NCBI GenBank assembly: GCA_048571215.1
Contig: CP182352.1
Coordinates: 1,824,001 to 1,888,000 of the forward strand
Length of the DNA: 64,000 nucleotides
Reading direction: 5' to 3'
Source of the DNA: Halarcobacter sp.
GTDB taxonomy: Bacteria; Campylobacterota; Campylobacteria; Campylobacterales; Arcobacteraceae
The notes below the pieces were generated by a model. That model did no database searches and was not told where the DNA came from. It saw only the letters and a list, made by a program, of their open reading frames with translations. This document shows, piece after piece, positions 20,266 through 30,004 of this stretch; the first letter of the stretch is position 1, and every line of letters starts with the position of its first letter. Made by a program: the position numbers and the translations under genes.

Positions 20266-21938
20266 TTCAAAATCGAATAATAAATGATACTATTTACAAT
20301 CATATCCAATACACAAAACTTGAAGATAAACTACTTCAAACAAAGATTGTAAATAGATTACAGTTTATAACACAAAATGCCCTTGCATATTTTTCTTACC
20401 CTTCAATTACAACTAAAAGATTTATACACTCTTTAGGGTGTATGCATCTAAGTTCATTTATTTTTAAAAATGCCCTACTAAATGCCAATAAAGATACAAA
20501 AGATGAATTCTTAAAATCACTTAAAAAAGTTTTAAAAGGGGTTATTAAAGATAATAATCTAAATATAAAAATAGATGATTTAAGTTATTTTGATAATAAA
20601 GCTTTATATCAATTTACTATCCCAACAAAGAGTAAAAAAAATAGAGTTGTATATACTATAATTTTACAAACAATTAGAGTAGTTGCCCTACTTCATGATG
20701 TGGGACATTTACCCTTTTCCCATCAAGTTGAAAACTCTTTAAAAAATGTTTATGAAAATCTAAAAAATAAAACCATGCTCAATGCAAAGGAGTTGGAGTT
20801 TAAAGAGATTTATGAAAATATAACAAATAATGAAAACCTAATTCTGCATGAAGCTATAGGAAAACAGTTTTTAAATCTTCTTTTTGAGTATGAAATCTTT
20901 GATTTTATAAATACAAAAGAGGAACAAGAATATATAAAACTTATAAAAATTGTTGCAAGTTATATGCTTGAAAACAGAGTCTATAAAGGTTTTGACTTTA
21001 AGGTTTTACATAGAATAATTGATAGTACAGTTGATGCAGATAGATTAGATTATATAAATAGAGACATGCTTGCAAGTGGTTATATAACAGGGGCGAATGA
21101 TCATATTAGAATCACAAAAGAAGCAGTTCTAATAAAAGATAAAAAAGAGTTTTATATTAGCTTCTTTGATATGAGTTTAATCGACATAGAACATATGTTA
21201 GAGATGAGATTTAATCTATATAAAAAAGTGATTTACAATCATGGTATTGCTAAAACTGATGCTCTTTTGGAAAATGTTGTGCAATATCTATGTGATAAAT
21301 ATTTTGATAATAAAATCATAGATGATAAACCATCAAACTCCATATCTATGCTTTGGAAGTTTTTCTATGAAAAAAATGATGATAAAAAACTTGATTTGAT
21401 TAGTTTACTTGATGAAAACTGGCTAATTTCATTTTTCAAAACTGAATATTTTAATATAAAAAAGAAAAAAACTCTAAGCCAAGAGGACATAAAATATAAA
21501 TACTGTTTTGAAGAAGTACTTTTTGGAAAAAGATTTTTTAGATCGCCATGGAAAAATTTAAATGAATTTTATAATGTTTTAGAGTTTTCTACAGTTCAAA
21601 GATATCAATTTAGGGAAAGTTTTGGTTATATAAGTGGAAACAAATATAAAAACTTAAAAGATAGTCTTGAAGAGTTTGTAAAAAAATTTGAATCAGAAGA
21701 TAAAAATATATTTTTTACTTACCAAATAGTATCCTTCAGTCTAGGAGTAGAAAAAGACTTTAAACTCTTTGACGGTCAGAATATAATCTTTATAGATGAG
21801 ATTTCAACCCTAAGAAAAAGATTAAAACAATCAATGAGAAATACAGTCCCTTTTTATATCTACTCAAACAACAAAGAACTAAGCCAAGAGATGAAAGACA
21901 AGTTAAGAGATATAATCTTTGAAGTTTTCAAAGATTAA
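20262..21938 (+). CDS. SAMHD1/dGTPase-like HD-domain phosphohydrolase, inferred non-canonical start
   Basis: Frame open from 20253 encodes INDTIY...NRLQFITQ...YPSITTKRFIHSLG upstream of track ATG 20442; LLHDVGHLPFSH, HE and DADRLDYINRD motifs. Confidence 0.85.
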   Translation: MIQNRIINDTIYNHIQYTKLEDKLLQTKIVNRLQFITQNALAYFSYPSITTKRFIHSLGCMHLSSFIFKNALLNANKDTKDEFLKSLKKVLKGVIKDNNLNIKIDDLSYFDNKALYQFTIPTKSKKNRVVYTIILQTIRVVALLHDVGHLPFSHQVENSLKNVYENLKNKTMLNAKELEFKEIYENITNNENLILHEAIGKQFLNLLFEYEIFDFINTKEEQEYIKLIKIVASYMLENRVYKGFDFKVLHRIIDSTVDADRLDYINRDMLASGYITGANDHIRITKEAVLIKDKKEFYISFFDMSLIDIEHMLEMRFNLYKKVIYNHGIAKTDALLENVVQYLCDKYFDNKIIDDKPSNSISMLWKFFYEKNDDKKLDLISLLDENWLISFFKTEYFNIKKKKTLSQEDIKYKYCFEEVLFGKRFFRSPWKNLNEFYNVLEFSTVQRYQFRESFGYISGNKYKNLKDSLEEFVKKFESEDKNIFFTYQIVSFSLGVEKDFKLFDGQNIIFIDEISTLRKRLKQSMRNTVPFYIYSNNKELSQEMKDKLRDIIFEVFKD

Positions 21939-22010
21939 TATTTCAAATTGCAATATTTTTAATAAAAAACTTTTTTTATTGTTAAAATACAAATAAAAAA
22001 GGTTATTTCA

Positions 22011-22376
22011 ATGTCTATTTTGGGAAAGTGTCCCTACTGTGATGGAAGTGTAATTTCAAAAAAAATCACGGTGAAGGGGAAGAATATCAAACTATATACT
22101 TGTGAAAATGCAAAAAAAGAGTATGATGAAGCTGAACAATATGTTTTTACACATGATTCAACTTGTAGGTTTAGAGTATATTCAAATACATTTTTAAGAT
22201 ATAACAAACGCTCATTTAGTGAATATGAGATGAGAAATCTACTTAAAGACAATCAAGTTATTGTAAGACTTCATGGGAAAAAAGGTGGAAATGAATACTT
22301 TAAATACGCCATACCACATGAAGAGTATGGAGTATCTATTTTATGGGAAGAGGAAGTTGAAAAAGAGGTCTCTTAA
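22011..22376 (+). CDS. Zn-ribbon protein resembling a topoisomerase III C-terminal repeat
   Basis: LGKCPYC...YTCEN...CRF...K.FSEYEMRNLL pattern. Confidence 0.6.
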   Translation: MSILGKCPYCDGSVISKKITVKGKNIKLYTCENAKKEYDEAEQYVFTHDSTCRFRVYSNTFLRYNKRSFSEYEMRNLLKDNQVIVRLHGKKGGNEYFKYAIPHEEYGVSILWEEEVEKEVS

Positions 22377-22966
22377 TCACAAATATTATCTTTTAAAATT
22401 GCTTCCTCTTTTTTTAAATATGCACATTTTTCTTTACTAAGTGTAGAGTTTGAGATTTTTGCATTCCAAAAAATCACCCCATCTATTTTAAGTGATGAAA
22501 AATCTACACCATTAAAACTAGAATAAGCAGCTCCTGCATTGGAAAAATCTACATTTTCAAAACTTGCCTCAAAAAATCTTGCAGACCAAATAGATAAGTT
22601 CATACATTTTAGGTTTGCAAAAGTTGCAGTTGAGAAATTCACACCTTTGAAAATAGTATTATCACATTTTGCATCTACTAACTCAACAGCCTCTAAATTT
22701 GAAGCTCTGATATTTGCATTATTCAAATTTGTATTGCTAAGATTTACTCCCCACATATTTGACTTTACAAAACTTGAGTTTTCTAAATTCGCTCCATTTA
22801 GATTTGAGCCAGATAAATTAGCTCCATCAAAATTTTTATTTGATAAATCTGCCCCACTTAGATCACACTCTTGGCAATCTTTTGTATTTAAAAATTTATC
22901 TAAATCTATTTGATTATATGCAAAAAGTGAAATAAAACTAAAAAATAAAACAATTATTGATTTCAT
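22373..22966 (-). CDS. Secreted pentapeptide-repeat protein
   Basis: Signal peptide; CQECDLSGADLS followed by A(N/D)Lxx repeats. Confidence 0.88.
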   Translation of the reverse strand: MKSIIVLFFSFISLFAYNQIDLDKFLNTKDCQECDLSGADLSNKNFDGANLSGSNLNGANLENSSFVKSNMWGVNLSNTNLNNANIRASNLEAVELVDAKCDNTIFKGVNFSTATFANLKCMNLSIWSARFFEASFENVDFSNAGAAYSSFNGVDFSSLKIDGVIFWNAKISNSTLSKEKCAYLKKEEAILKDNICD

Positions 22967-22972
22967 AATATA

Positions 22973-23356
22973 CTACTTTACACTTTTTAATATTTCTAAA
23001 AGTTGGGCTTCTCTTGTACCACCAATTTTTTTTGATATAAGTTTCATATCCTTGGCATCTGCAAAAAAAAGTGTTGGGATACCTATAAATTTATATGGTA
23101 AAATATCTTTATCTTTTTTTATATCCATAACAACAGATAGAAAATTAGAATTCACATATGAAGCCACCTCTTTATCTTTAAAAACTTTTTTCTTCATATA
23201 GTTACACTCAGGGCAAGTTGGTGTTGAATACATAATCATAAGTTTTTTATTTTGAGAAATTGCCTTTTGTTTTGCTGTATCTAAATCTTTTTCAAAATTT
23301 ATAGATGAAGCAAAAAGTGAAAAACAAAATATAAACAAAAATATTAAAACTCTCAT
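22973..23356 (-). CDS. Periplasmic thioredoxin-fold protein (SoxW-like)
   Basis: Signal peptide; CPEC; GIPT cis-Pro loop. Confidence 0.85.
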   Translation of the reverse strand: MRVLIFLFIFCFSLFASSINFEKDLDTAKQKAISQNKKLMIMYSTPTCPECNYMKKKVFKDKEVASYVNSNFLSVVMDIKKDKDILPYKFIGIPTLFFADAKDMKLISKKIGGTREAQLLEILKSVK

Positions 23357-23368
23357 TATAATCCTTTT

Positions 23369-23650
23369 TTAATCTTCTCTTGAAGTTGTTTCTAAAAGAT
23401 GGTATCCAAACTCAGTTTTAACAGGACCATGTACAACATTTACAGCCTCATTAAATACTACTTTATCAAACTCTTCAACCATATCACCCTCTCTAAACTT
23501 ACCTAAATCTCCACCATTTGCTCCAGATGGACAAGTAGAATACTCTTTTGCTAAATCTTCAAACTTCTCACCATTTTCAATTCTTTTTTTTAAATCTAAA
23601 CATAAATCTTCACTATCTACTAAAAGATGTCTTGCTGTTGCTATTGCCAT
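23369..23650 (-). CDS. ppiC: Parvulin peptidyl-prolyl isomerase
   Basis: ARHLLV, YSTCPSG.NGGDLG and GPVKTEFGYHL motifs; 93 aa. Confidence 0.93.
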   Translation of the reverse strand: MAIATARHLLVDSEDLCLDLKKRIENGEKFEDLAKEYSTCPSGANGGDLGKFREGDMVEEFDKVVFNEAVNVVHGPVKTEFGYHLLETTSRED

Positions 23651-23677
23651 TTTTTTTCCTTATTTTTAATAATCAAA

Positions 23678-25045
23678 TCACTTCTCATAAGCTTTTAAAA
23701 ATTTTCCTTTAACTTTGTTTTTATTTAAACCAATTAAAGCCTTATCTAAAACCTCTTTTTTAACTGCCACATAAGATGAAAAAGGCAGAATATCTATTTT
23801 TCCAATATCATCTTTATTAAGTTTTATACCTGCTGTCAAAGCACCTAGTATATCCCCTGCTCTTAGTTTATTTTTTTTGCCACTATTTAAATATATAGTT
23901 CTATATTTTGCATCAATATCATAAACTTTATCATTATTTATATTAGAAATATCTTCTATATTTAAATTAAATTTCTCTTCTAAAAACTCTTTTTTATTTT
24001 CATCTTTTGAGGTCAATAAACTAACAGCTAAACCTTTTTTCCCTGCCCTTGCTGTTCTTCCTATACGATGGGTATGGGTATGCAAATCTCTTGCCATATC
24101 ATAGTTTATAACTAAAGAGATATCATCTATATCTAAACCCCTTGAAGCTATATCTGTTGCAATTAGAATTGGATAAGATTTATTTGAAAAAAGTATTATT
24201 ATCTCATCCCTTTGTTTTTGGTCCATATCTGAGTGTAAAACTAAAACATCCAAACCAAAATCATACAAACTATTTGATAACTCATCACACTCAACTTTTG
24301 TATTACAAAAAATCAAAGTTGAATCTGCTTCATTTGATGTTATTAGGGGAATAATTAAATTAGTTTTTTGAGTGTCTAAAACCTCATAGAACTTTTGGTT
24401 TATAGTTTTTTCATCATGACTTGTTTCATCTTTTATATATAGTGGGTCTTTTGTTATTGCTTCACATAAACTTTTTACCCCATCATCATATGTTGCAGAA
24501 AATAAAAGGGTTTGTCTCGTTTTTGAAAGGCTATCTATAATCTTCATTATATCTTCATGAAAACCCATGTCTAACATTCTATCTGCTTCATCCAAAACTA
24601 AAAAACTTAATTTTGGAAATTCAATTTTAGTTTCAAAAATATGTTGTAAAACTCTACCAGGAGTTCCTACAGCTATATGAGCTCCAAACTTTAAAGACTC
24701 AACTTGAGCTTTATAAGGAACTCCTCCAATCAAAGTCAAAACCTTTACATTATGAATATGTCGAGCAAGTTTTCTAATCTCCAAAGCAACTTGATTTGCT
24801 AATTCTCTAGTAGGAACTAAAATCAAAGCTTGTATATTGAAATCTTTTACATCTAAGTTCTTAATTATTGGGATTGAAAAAGCTGCTGTTTTTCCAGAAC
24901 CTGTTTTAGCTTGTGCAACCACATCATTTTTTTCTAAAATAGGTTTTATACACAATGACTGAATTTTAGTCATTTGACTAAAACCCATTGAGTCTATATT
25001 TTTTACAAACTCTTCACTTATATTTAGTGTCTTAAACTTTTCTAT
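23678..25045 (-). CDS. dbpA: DEAD-box RNA helicase DbpA, inferred ATA start
   Basis: AKTGSGKT, PTRELA, DEAD, SAT and HRIGRTAR motifs; C-terminal KLRAGDILGAL RNA-binding domain; Q-motif extends upstream of track ATG 24988. Confidence 0.9.
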   Translation of the reverse strand: MEKFKTLNISEEFVKNIDSMGFSQMTKIQSLCIKPILEKNDVVAQAKTGSGKTAAFSIPIIKNLDVKDFNIQALILVPTRELANQVALEIRKLARHIHNVKVLTLIGGVPYKAQVESLKFGAHIAVGTPGRVLQHIFETKIEFPKLSFLVLDEADRMLDMGFHEDIMKIIDSLSKTRQTLLFSATYDDGVKSLCEAITKDPLYIKDETSHDEKTINQKFYEVLDTQKTNLIIPLITSNEADSTLIFCNTKVECDELSNSLYDFGLDVLVLHSDMDQKQRDEIIILFSNKSYPILIATDIASRGLDIDDISLVINYDMARDLHTHTHRIGRTARAGKKGLAVSLLTSKDENKKEFLEEKFNLNIEDISNINNDKVYDIDAKYRTIYLNSGKKNKLRAGDILGALTAGIKLNKDDIGKIDILPFSSYVAVKKEVLDKALIGLNKNKVKGKFLKAYEK

Positions 25046-25055
25046 ATCGCCCTCT

Positions 25056-25595
25056 TTATATTTTTTTGAAATAGTATGTCCCTATTAATACAATTAGTAA
25101 TATTATAGCTATCCCATAATATTTATACTCATCAGCATAAGTTAAAACAACTTCTCCCAACATAAAACTTACACTTCCTACTACAATTGCCCATAAAACC
25201 GTAGCAAAACCATTATAAATAGTAAACTTTTTAAATGAGTATTTTGTAAGTCCCATTGCAAGTGGTATTAAAGTTTTTACCCCATAAATATATTTTTGTA
25301 TAAATACAACTAAAGAACCATACCTTCTCATCAAAAGGTGAGATAAAGCCACTTTTCTACCATATTTTTTCATAATATCACTTGCATAAACTTTATTGGT
25401 TCTTGCCATATAAAACAAAAACTGATCACCAATAAAATTTGAACTTCCAGCAACAATCATTGAGATAAATATATTTAAATCTCCTGCATAAGATAAAACC
25501 CCAGCTATTACAAGTCCTACAAATCCTCCACCAAACGAATATAAAAAAAGTATCAAGTATGCTAAATACCCACCATTTCTTATTAAATCTTCCAA
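25056..25595 (-). CDS. DedA family membrane protein
   Basis: GDQFLFYMAR and FIQKYIYGVKTLIPLAMG motifs; TTG start with GAGG RBS. Confidence 0.88.
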   Translation of the reverse strand: MEDLIRNGGYLAYLILFLYSFGGGFVGLVIAGVLSYAGDLNIFISMIVAGSSNFIGDQFLFYMARTNKVYASDIMKKYGRKVALSHLLMRRYGSLVVFIQKYIYGVKTLIPLAMGLTKYSFKKFTIYNGFATVLWAIVVGSVSFMLGEVVLTYADEYKYYGIAIILLIVLIGTYYFKKI

Positions 25596-25596
25596 A

Positions 25597-26229
25597 TTAT
25601 ACCTCTATATTAAAATATTCTAATGACTCTAAAATTTCGTCATCATCCAAATCCAAACTATCATCTGCTAACATTTTTTTTAATCTTTTTATTATAAATA
25701 AATATACTTTTTCTCTTACATCTTTTATATCATCTACAATAACAAAACCATTAAACTGAATATCATTGTCATAAAATACCAAGATACCATCACAGTTATT
25801 TTCAATAAACTCAGAAATATCTCTATATGTGATATCACAAGGGATACAATGCCAACCATACTCTTCTAAAATATCATCTTCAAATATCTCTATTCCATCT
25901 GTTTGATGATCGAAATAAAGCATTTTTGATTGGTTTAATGAAATCACCTCTTGCCAAGCATTGATTGGATTTAAAACGCATATACTACCATTTATTTCTG
26001 GTTTATAATCTTTAAAGATATTAGAGGCTAAGTTTTTTGCATCTAATAATAATGATTTATTATCATTTTTATTATATTTATATATAATTGGTTTTTTTAT
26101 ATCACTATTTATATCTTGATTAATTTCTCCAAAAATATCAATCTCAAACTCTTTTTTAGAAGAAATAATATTTAATATTTTTATAATGTCAATTTTTATT
26201 TTTATATCTTTTATAGCTATATGTTCCAA
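25597..26229 (-). CDS. Hypothetical protein
   Basis: TTG 26229 preceded by GGAGG; track start 26331 is probably over-extended. Confidence 0.72.
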   Translation of the reverse strand: MEHIAIKDIKIKIDIIKILNIISSKKEFEIDIFGEINQDINSDIKKPIIYKYNKNDNKSLLLDAKNLASNIFKDYKPEINGSICVLNPINAWQEVISLNQSKMLYFDHQTDGIEIFEDDILEEYGWHCIPCDITYRDISEFIENNCDGILVFYDNDIQFNGFVIVDDIKDVREKVYLFIIKRLKKMLADDSLDLDDDEILESLEYFNIEV

Positions 26230-26403
26230 TATAACACCTCCAAATGAAATCAGATTGTAACAAAATAAAGATAAAATCCATAATCTACAATAAATTAGTA
26301 ATAAAATAAGAAATTTTCTAATTTTAAACAAATTTTGTCTATTTTTTTACATTTCTTAAGTTTAATTTATGCTATACTAACTCATCAAAAAAAAAGGTTT
26401 TGT

Positions 26404-27633
26404 ATGTCTTTCCCTCGGAACATATGTAAATATCTCTATAAAAATAAGACTAAAACAGTTTTTATTGTTGATATTCTCTTTATGAAAGATATCAATGCTT
26501 TATATGGTTTTAACAATGGAGACTATATTATCTCACAACTTCATAAGCTTTTAAAAACAAATATAAAAAAAGAAATTTTAGCTTCACTTAAAAAGAGTGT
26601 TTGCATGCAAATAAAAAATTCTCATGTTGATGTTTTTTTGATTACTATTTATGAAGATCTTGAAAAAATTGATATTATTAAAATAAAAAACATAATTTTC
26701 AATACAATAATATCCCATGAATTTAAACTTATCGACACAGCCCATACAATTGATATTGATATTACAATAGGTTGTAGTAAAGGCAATGACAAAGATCTAA
26801 AAATTTTTGCTGAAAAAGCACTACATAATGCAAAATTAAACTATATTAACTTTATGTATTATGATTCAAATCTTTATAAAAACAACTTTTTAAATGCAGA
26901 ACTCTTGTCAATTTTACATAAAAATATTGATGAAAAAAGTGTTGAACCATTTTTTCAACCAATACAAGATAACAAATCTTCAGTTATAGTTAAATATGAA
27001 GCGCTTATGAGAATATATGATAAAAATGGGAATATTATCTTACCTCAAGTTTTTATAGAAAAATCAAGGAAATATAGACTTTTTAATAAACTTATGGAAC
27101 TTATGATTTTAAAAGTTATTGAATATATCAAAAAATATAAAATCAATGTAAGCATAAACCTCGATTATAATGATATTTTAAATCCTACTATGAAAAAACT
27201 TATTATCAACAATATAAAAGAATCAAATATTGGTGAGTATTTAACAGTAGAGATATTAGAGAGTAAAAAGATAAATAACTATTATCTGGTAAATGATTTT
27301 ATAAATGATTTAAAACAACATAATGTAAAAATAGCCATAGATGATTTTGGAAGTGGTTTTTCAAACTATGAACAAATTTTAAATATAAATACTGACTATA
27401 TAAAACTTGATGGGAGTTTAATAAAAAAAATTGATGAAGAGGTATACTATAACTTAGTAAAAAGTATAGTTCAATTTTCAAAAGAGCAAAATATAAAAAT
27501 TATTGCTGAATTTGTAAGTGATTTAAAAATCTTAAGATATGTAAAATCTTTAGATATAGATTATTCACAAGGATACTATATTAGTAAACCAAAAAAAATA
27601 GATGAAATAGTTGGAAATGGATATGAAAGATAA
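26404..27633 (+). CDS. EAL phosphodiesterase with degenerate GGDEF domain
   Basis: YEALMR, EILE, DDFGSG and AEFV motifs; INALYG..NGD GGDEF remnant without the signature. Confidence 0.88.
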   Translation: MSFPRNICKYLYKNKTKTVFIVDILFMKDINALYGFNNGDYIISQLHKLLKTNIKKEILASLKKSVCMQIKNSHVDVFLITIYEDLEKIDIIKIKNIIFNTIISHEFKLIDTAHTIDIDITIGCSKGNDKDLKIFAEKALHNAKLNYINFMYYDSNLYKNNFLNAELLSILHKNIDEKSVEPFFQPIQDNKSSVIVKYEALMRIYDKNGNIILPQVFIEKSRKYRLFNKLMELMILKVIEYIKKYKINVSINLDYNDILNPTMKKLIINNIKESNIGEYLTVEILESKKINNYYLVNDFINDLKQHNVKIAIDDFGSGFSNYEQILNINTDYIKLDGSLIKKIDEEVYYNLVKSIVQFSKEQNIKIIAEFVSDLKILRYVKSLDIDYSQGYYISKPKKIDEIVGNGYER

Positions 27634-28435
27634 ATTAAAAGAGATAACAGATAGCACCGTAAGTGAGCTTTTAGGAAATGATATAATATTACCTTCAACA
27701 TATTTTGAATGTTTTGATAAACATTCTAGAACCATAAATGTAAACATAGATAGCCAAGAGTTTGAAAAAGATTTACATAGTTTTTTACTAGAAGAATATA
27801 AACAAATAGATGACTATATGCATGATGCTATGAAGACTATTGATCAAGTTTCAGAGATAACATTAGATGCGCAAGAAGCAATCAAAAACAAAAATGGTTC
27901 CCTATTGGATACTTTGTATTCCCAAATCAAAACCTTACAGTCTGAACTTGAAAATATAAAAAGTGATGTATATAAAGATTATCTAACTAAAACAAATAAC
28001 AAAAAATGGATATATCAAAAACTCCTTACAGAAAAAAGTACTTTCAAAAATGATTGTTTACTTATTTTAATAGAAGTAGATGATTATGATTATATAAAAG
28101 ACAACTACAGCAAACTTATTTCAAATAACCTTCTAGTATTTGTATCAACTTATTTAAAAGATAAATTAAAAGATGAAAAAATAGATTTTGAGATAGCAAG
28201 ATATTTGAAAAATAAATTTTTATTAATAGTCAATAATGATACCTTGTCAAACTTAACTAATATTATAAATAATATACTAAGTTTATTACAAAATACTACA
28301 CTAAAAAGTAATTCTGGAATAATTATTAATCCAAGTTTTAAATACACAATCGGTGAAGTAAGTAAAAATGCTGTATTTCATGATGTATTCAATATCTTAC
28401 TAAAAGATATAAAGGAAAATACTATAAAAAACTAG
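27623..28435 (+). CDS. Coiled-coil plus degenerate GGDEF-like protein
   Basis: DYLTKTNNK start motif; RYLKNKF in place of RYGGDEF; overlaps the upstream gene end; start uncertain (27611-27623). Confidence 0.72.
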   Translation: MKDKLKEITDSTVSELLGNDIILPSTYFECFDKHSRTINVNIDSQEFEKDLHSFLLEEYKQIDDYMHDAMKTIDQVSEITLDAQEAIKNKNGSLLDTLYSQIKTLQSELENIKSDVYKDYLTKTNNKKWIYQKLLTEKSTFKNDCLLILIEVDDYDYIKDNYSKLISNNLLVFVSTYLKDKLKDEKIDFEIARYLKNKFLLIVNNDTLSNLTNIINNILSLLQNTTLKSNSGIIINPSFKYTIGEVSKNAVFHDVFNILLKDIKENTIKN

Positions 28436-29333
28436 AATAAAACAATCTAAGTTTTTGTTGAGCTTTTTCTATACTTATTGGTTCAAATCTGACTTTTGAA
28501 GCAACTTTCATTTGAGCTAATTTAAAACAATCAATACTTAATACACTTCCGATTTTTGGATATCCACCAATAGTTTGTCTCTCTTTTAAAAGAATGATTG
28601 GCTGTCCATCACTTGGTATTTGTATAGCTCCAAAGGCAATACCCTCTGAAACTATTCCATTTATATCACACTTTATAGCCTCACCACTTAATTTACAAGC
28701 CATCCTATTAAAATCATTTGTGATTGTATATGTACTTGAAAAAAACTTCTTTTTTTGCTCTTTTGAAAAGTTTTGTTCTTGATAAGAAAGGATTACTCTA
28801 AGAGTTAGTTCATCACTATATTTTGGTATATACTCTTCTTTTAATCTTTTGCTATGATTATCTAAAGTGGTTTTAAAAGGTAAGATATCACCTTTTTTTA
28901 GTTTTTCTCCATATAAACCACCAAGTTTTTCTTTAATAGTTGTGCTATTACTTCCAAACTCTTTATCTATATCAAAGCCACCACTTACACCTAAATATAC
29001 CCTTGAGCCTTCAAGTATTTTACCTATTTTTAAAATATCACCACTTTTTACACTATAAGTATGCCAACACTTTTTTTTAATATCATTTATAAAAAACTCA
29101 CATATGGCCCCGGTAATCGCTATATTTGTATTTCCATTTACTTTTAATATTAAATTTGAAAATGATATTTCTAAGATATTTGTTTGGGGTGGATTTAAAA
29201 GCATTTTATTTGCATATAAATAAGCAGATTCATCCATAACACCTGAGGGAGTGACACCTAGATGAGTATAAGAGTATCTTCCACTATCTTGTAAGGTGGT
29301 AAATATTGGATTATTTAAAACCTCTAAACTCAT
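28422..29333 (-). CDS. pxpC: 5-oxoprolinase subunit C (KipA family)
   Basis: TTLQDSGR, SGVMD, GAIQIPSDGQPI and QTIGGYPKI motifs. Confidence 0.92.
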   Translation of the reverse strand: MSLEVLNNPIFTTLQDSGRYSYTHLGVTPSGVMDESAYLYANKMLLNPPQTNILEISFSNLILKVNGNTNIAITGAICEFFINDIKKKCWHTYSVKSGDILKIGKILEGSRVYLGVSGGFDIDKEFGSNSTTIKEKLGGLYGEKLKKGDILPFKTTLDNHSKRLKEEYIPKYSDELTLRVILSYQEQNFSKEQKKKFFSSTYTITNDFNRMACKLSGEAIKCDINGIVSEGIAFGAIQIPSDGQPIILLKERQTIGGYPKIGSVLSIDCFKLAQMKVASKVRFEPISIEKAQQKLRLFYSSFL

Positions 29334-30004
29334 ATAACACCCCCTGAAGATAGAAACTTCTCTTTTGATATAGAGTTAAACTTCACCTTATCCCCTACAC
29401 TCAAAGGAGATAGTTTTTCTAGTTTTTTATCAAATAACTCCATAGTAGTTTTTCCCACAATATTCCAGCCACCTGGACTATTTTGAGGGTATACAGCTGT
29501 TTGGGTATCTGCAATAGCAACACTTCCTTTTGGTATTTGTTTTCTTGGCGTATCAAGTCTTGGAAAAGCTATTCTTTCATCAACACTAGCAAGGTATGCA
29601 AAACCTGGCAAAAATCCAATAGCATATACATCATATAATCTATTTGAGTGTATTTGTATTATCTCATCTATTGAAAGTTTTGTTTTCTGGCTCATATTTT
29701 TTAAATCTAAGCCAACCTCTTCTCCATAATAAACATCTATATTGATAATATTCTCTTTTGAATTATCATCATAGTCCAAATGAATACTACTTTTTAGAAG
29801 CTCTTTTAAGGTGGTATAATCATATTTTAAAACATCATATGAGATAAATATAGAAGTGTAAGAGGGGATAATCTGCACTAAACCTTCAATATTCAAACCC
29901 TTTAAACATAAATATGCTTTTTTTACATCTTGGGCTATTTTTTCATTTATTTCATTGCCAAAGTAGATAATTAAAGAATCAACTGAAGCTATTTTAAATA
30001 CCAT
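29330..30004 (-). CDS. pxpB: 5-oxoprolinase subunit B (KipI family)
   Basis: IPSY, GFLPGFAYL and YPQNSPGGWNIVG motifs. Confidence 0.92.
   Translation of the reverse strand: MVFKIASVDSLIIYFGNEINEKIAQDVKKAYLCLKGLNIEGLVQIIPSYTSIFISYDVLKYDYTTLKELLKSSIHLDYDDNSKENIINIDVYYGEEVGLDLKNMSQKTKLSIDEIIQIHSNRLYDVYAIGFLPGFAYLASVDERIAFPRLDTPRKQIPKGSVAIADTQTAVYPQNSPGGWNIVGKTTMELFDKKLEKLSPLSVGDKVKFNSISKEKFLSSGGVI

Noticed and set aside
19818..20309. 163-aa antisense ORF
   Set aside because: Shadow of phoH; no motif
22539..22913. 124-aa antisense ORF
   Set aside because: Shadow of the pentapeptide-repeat gene
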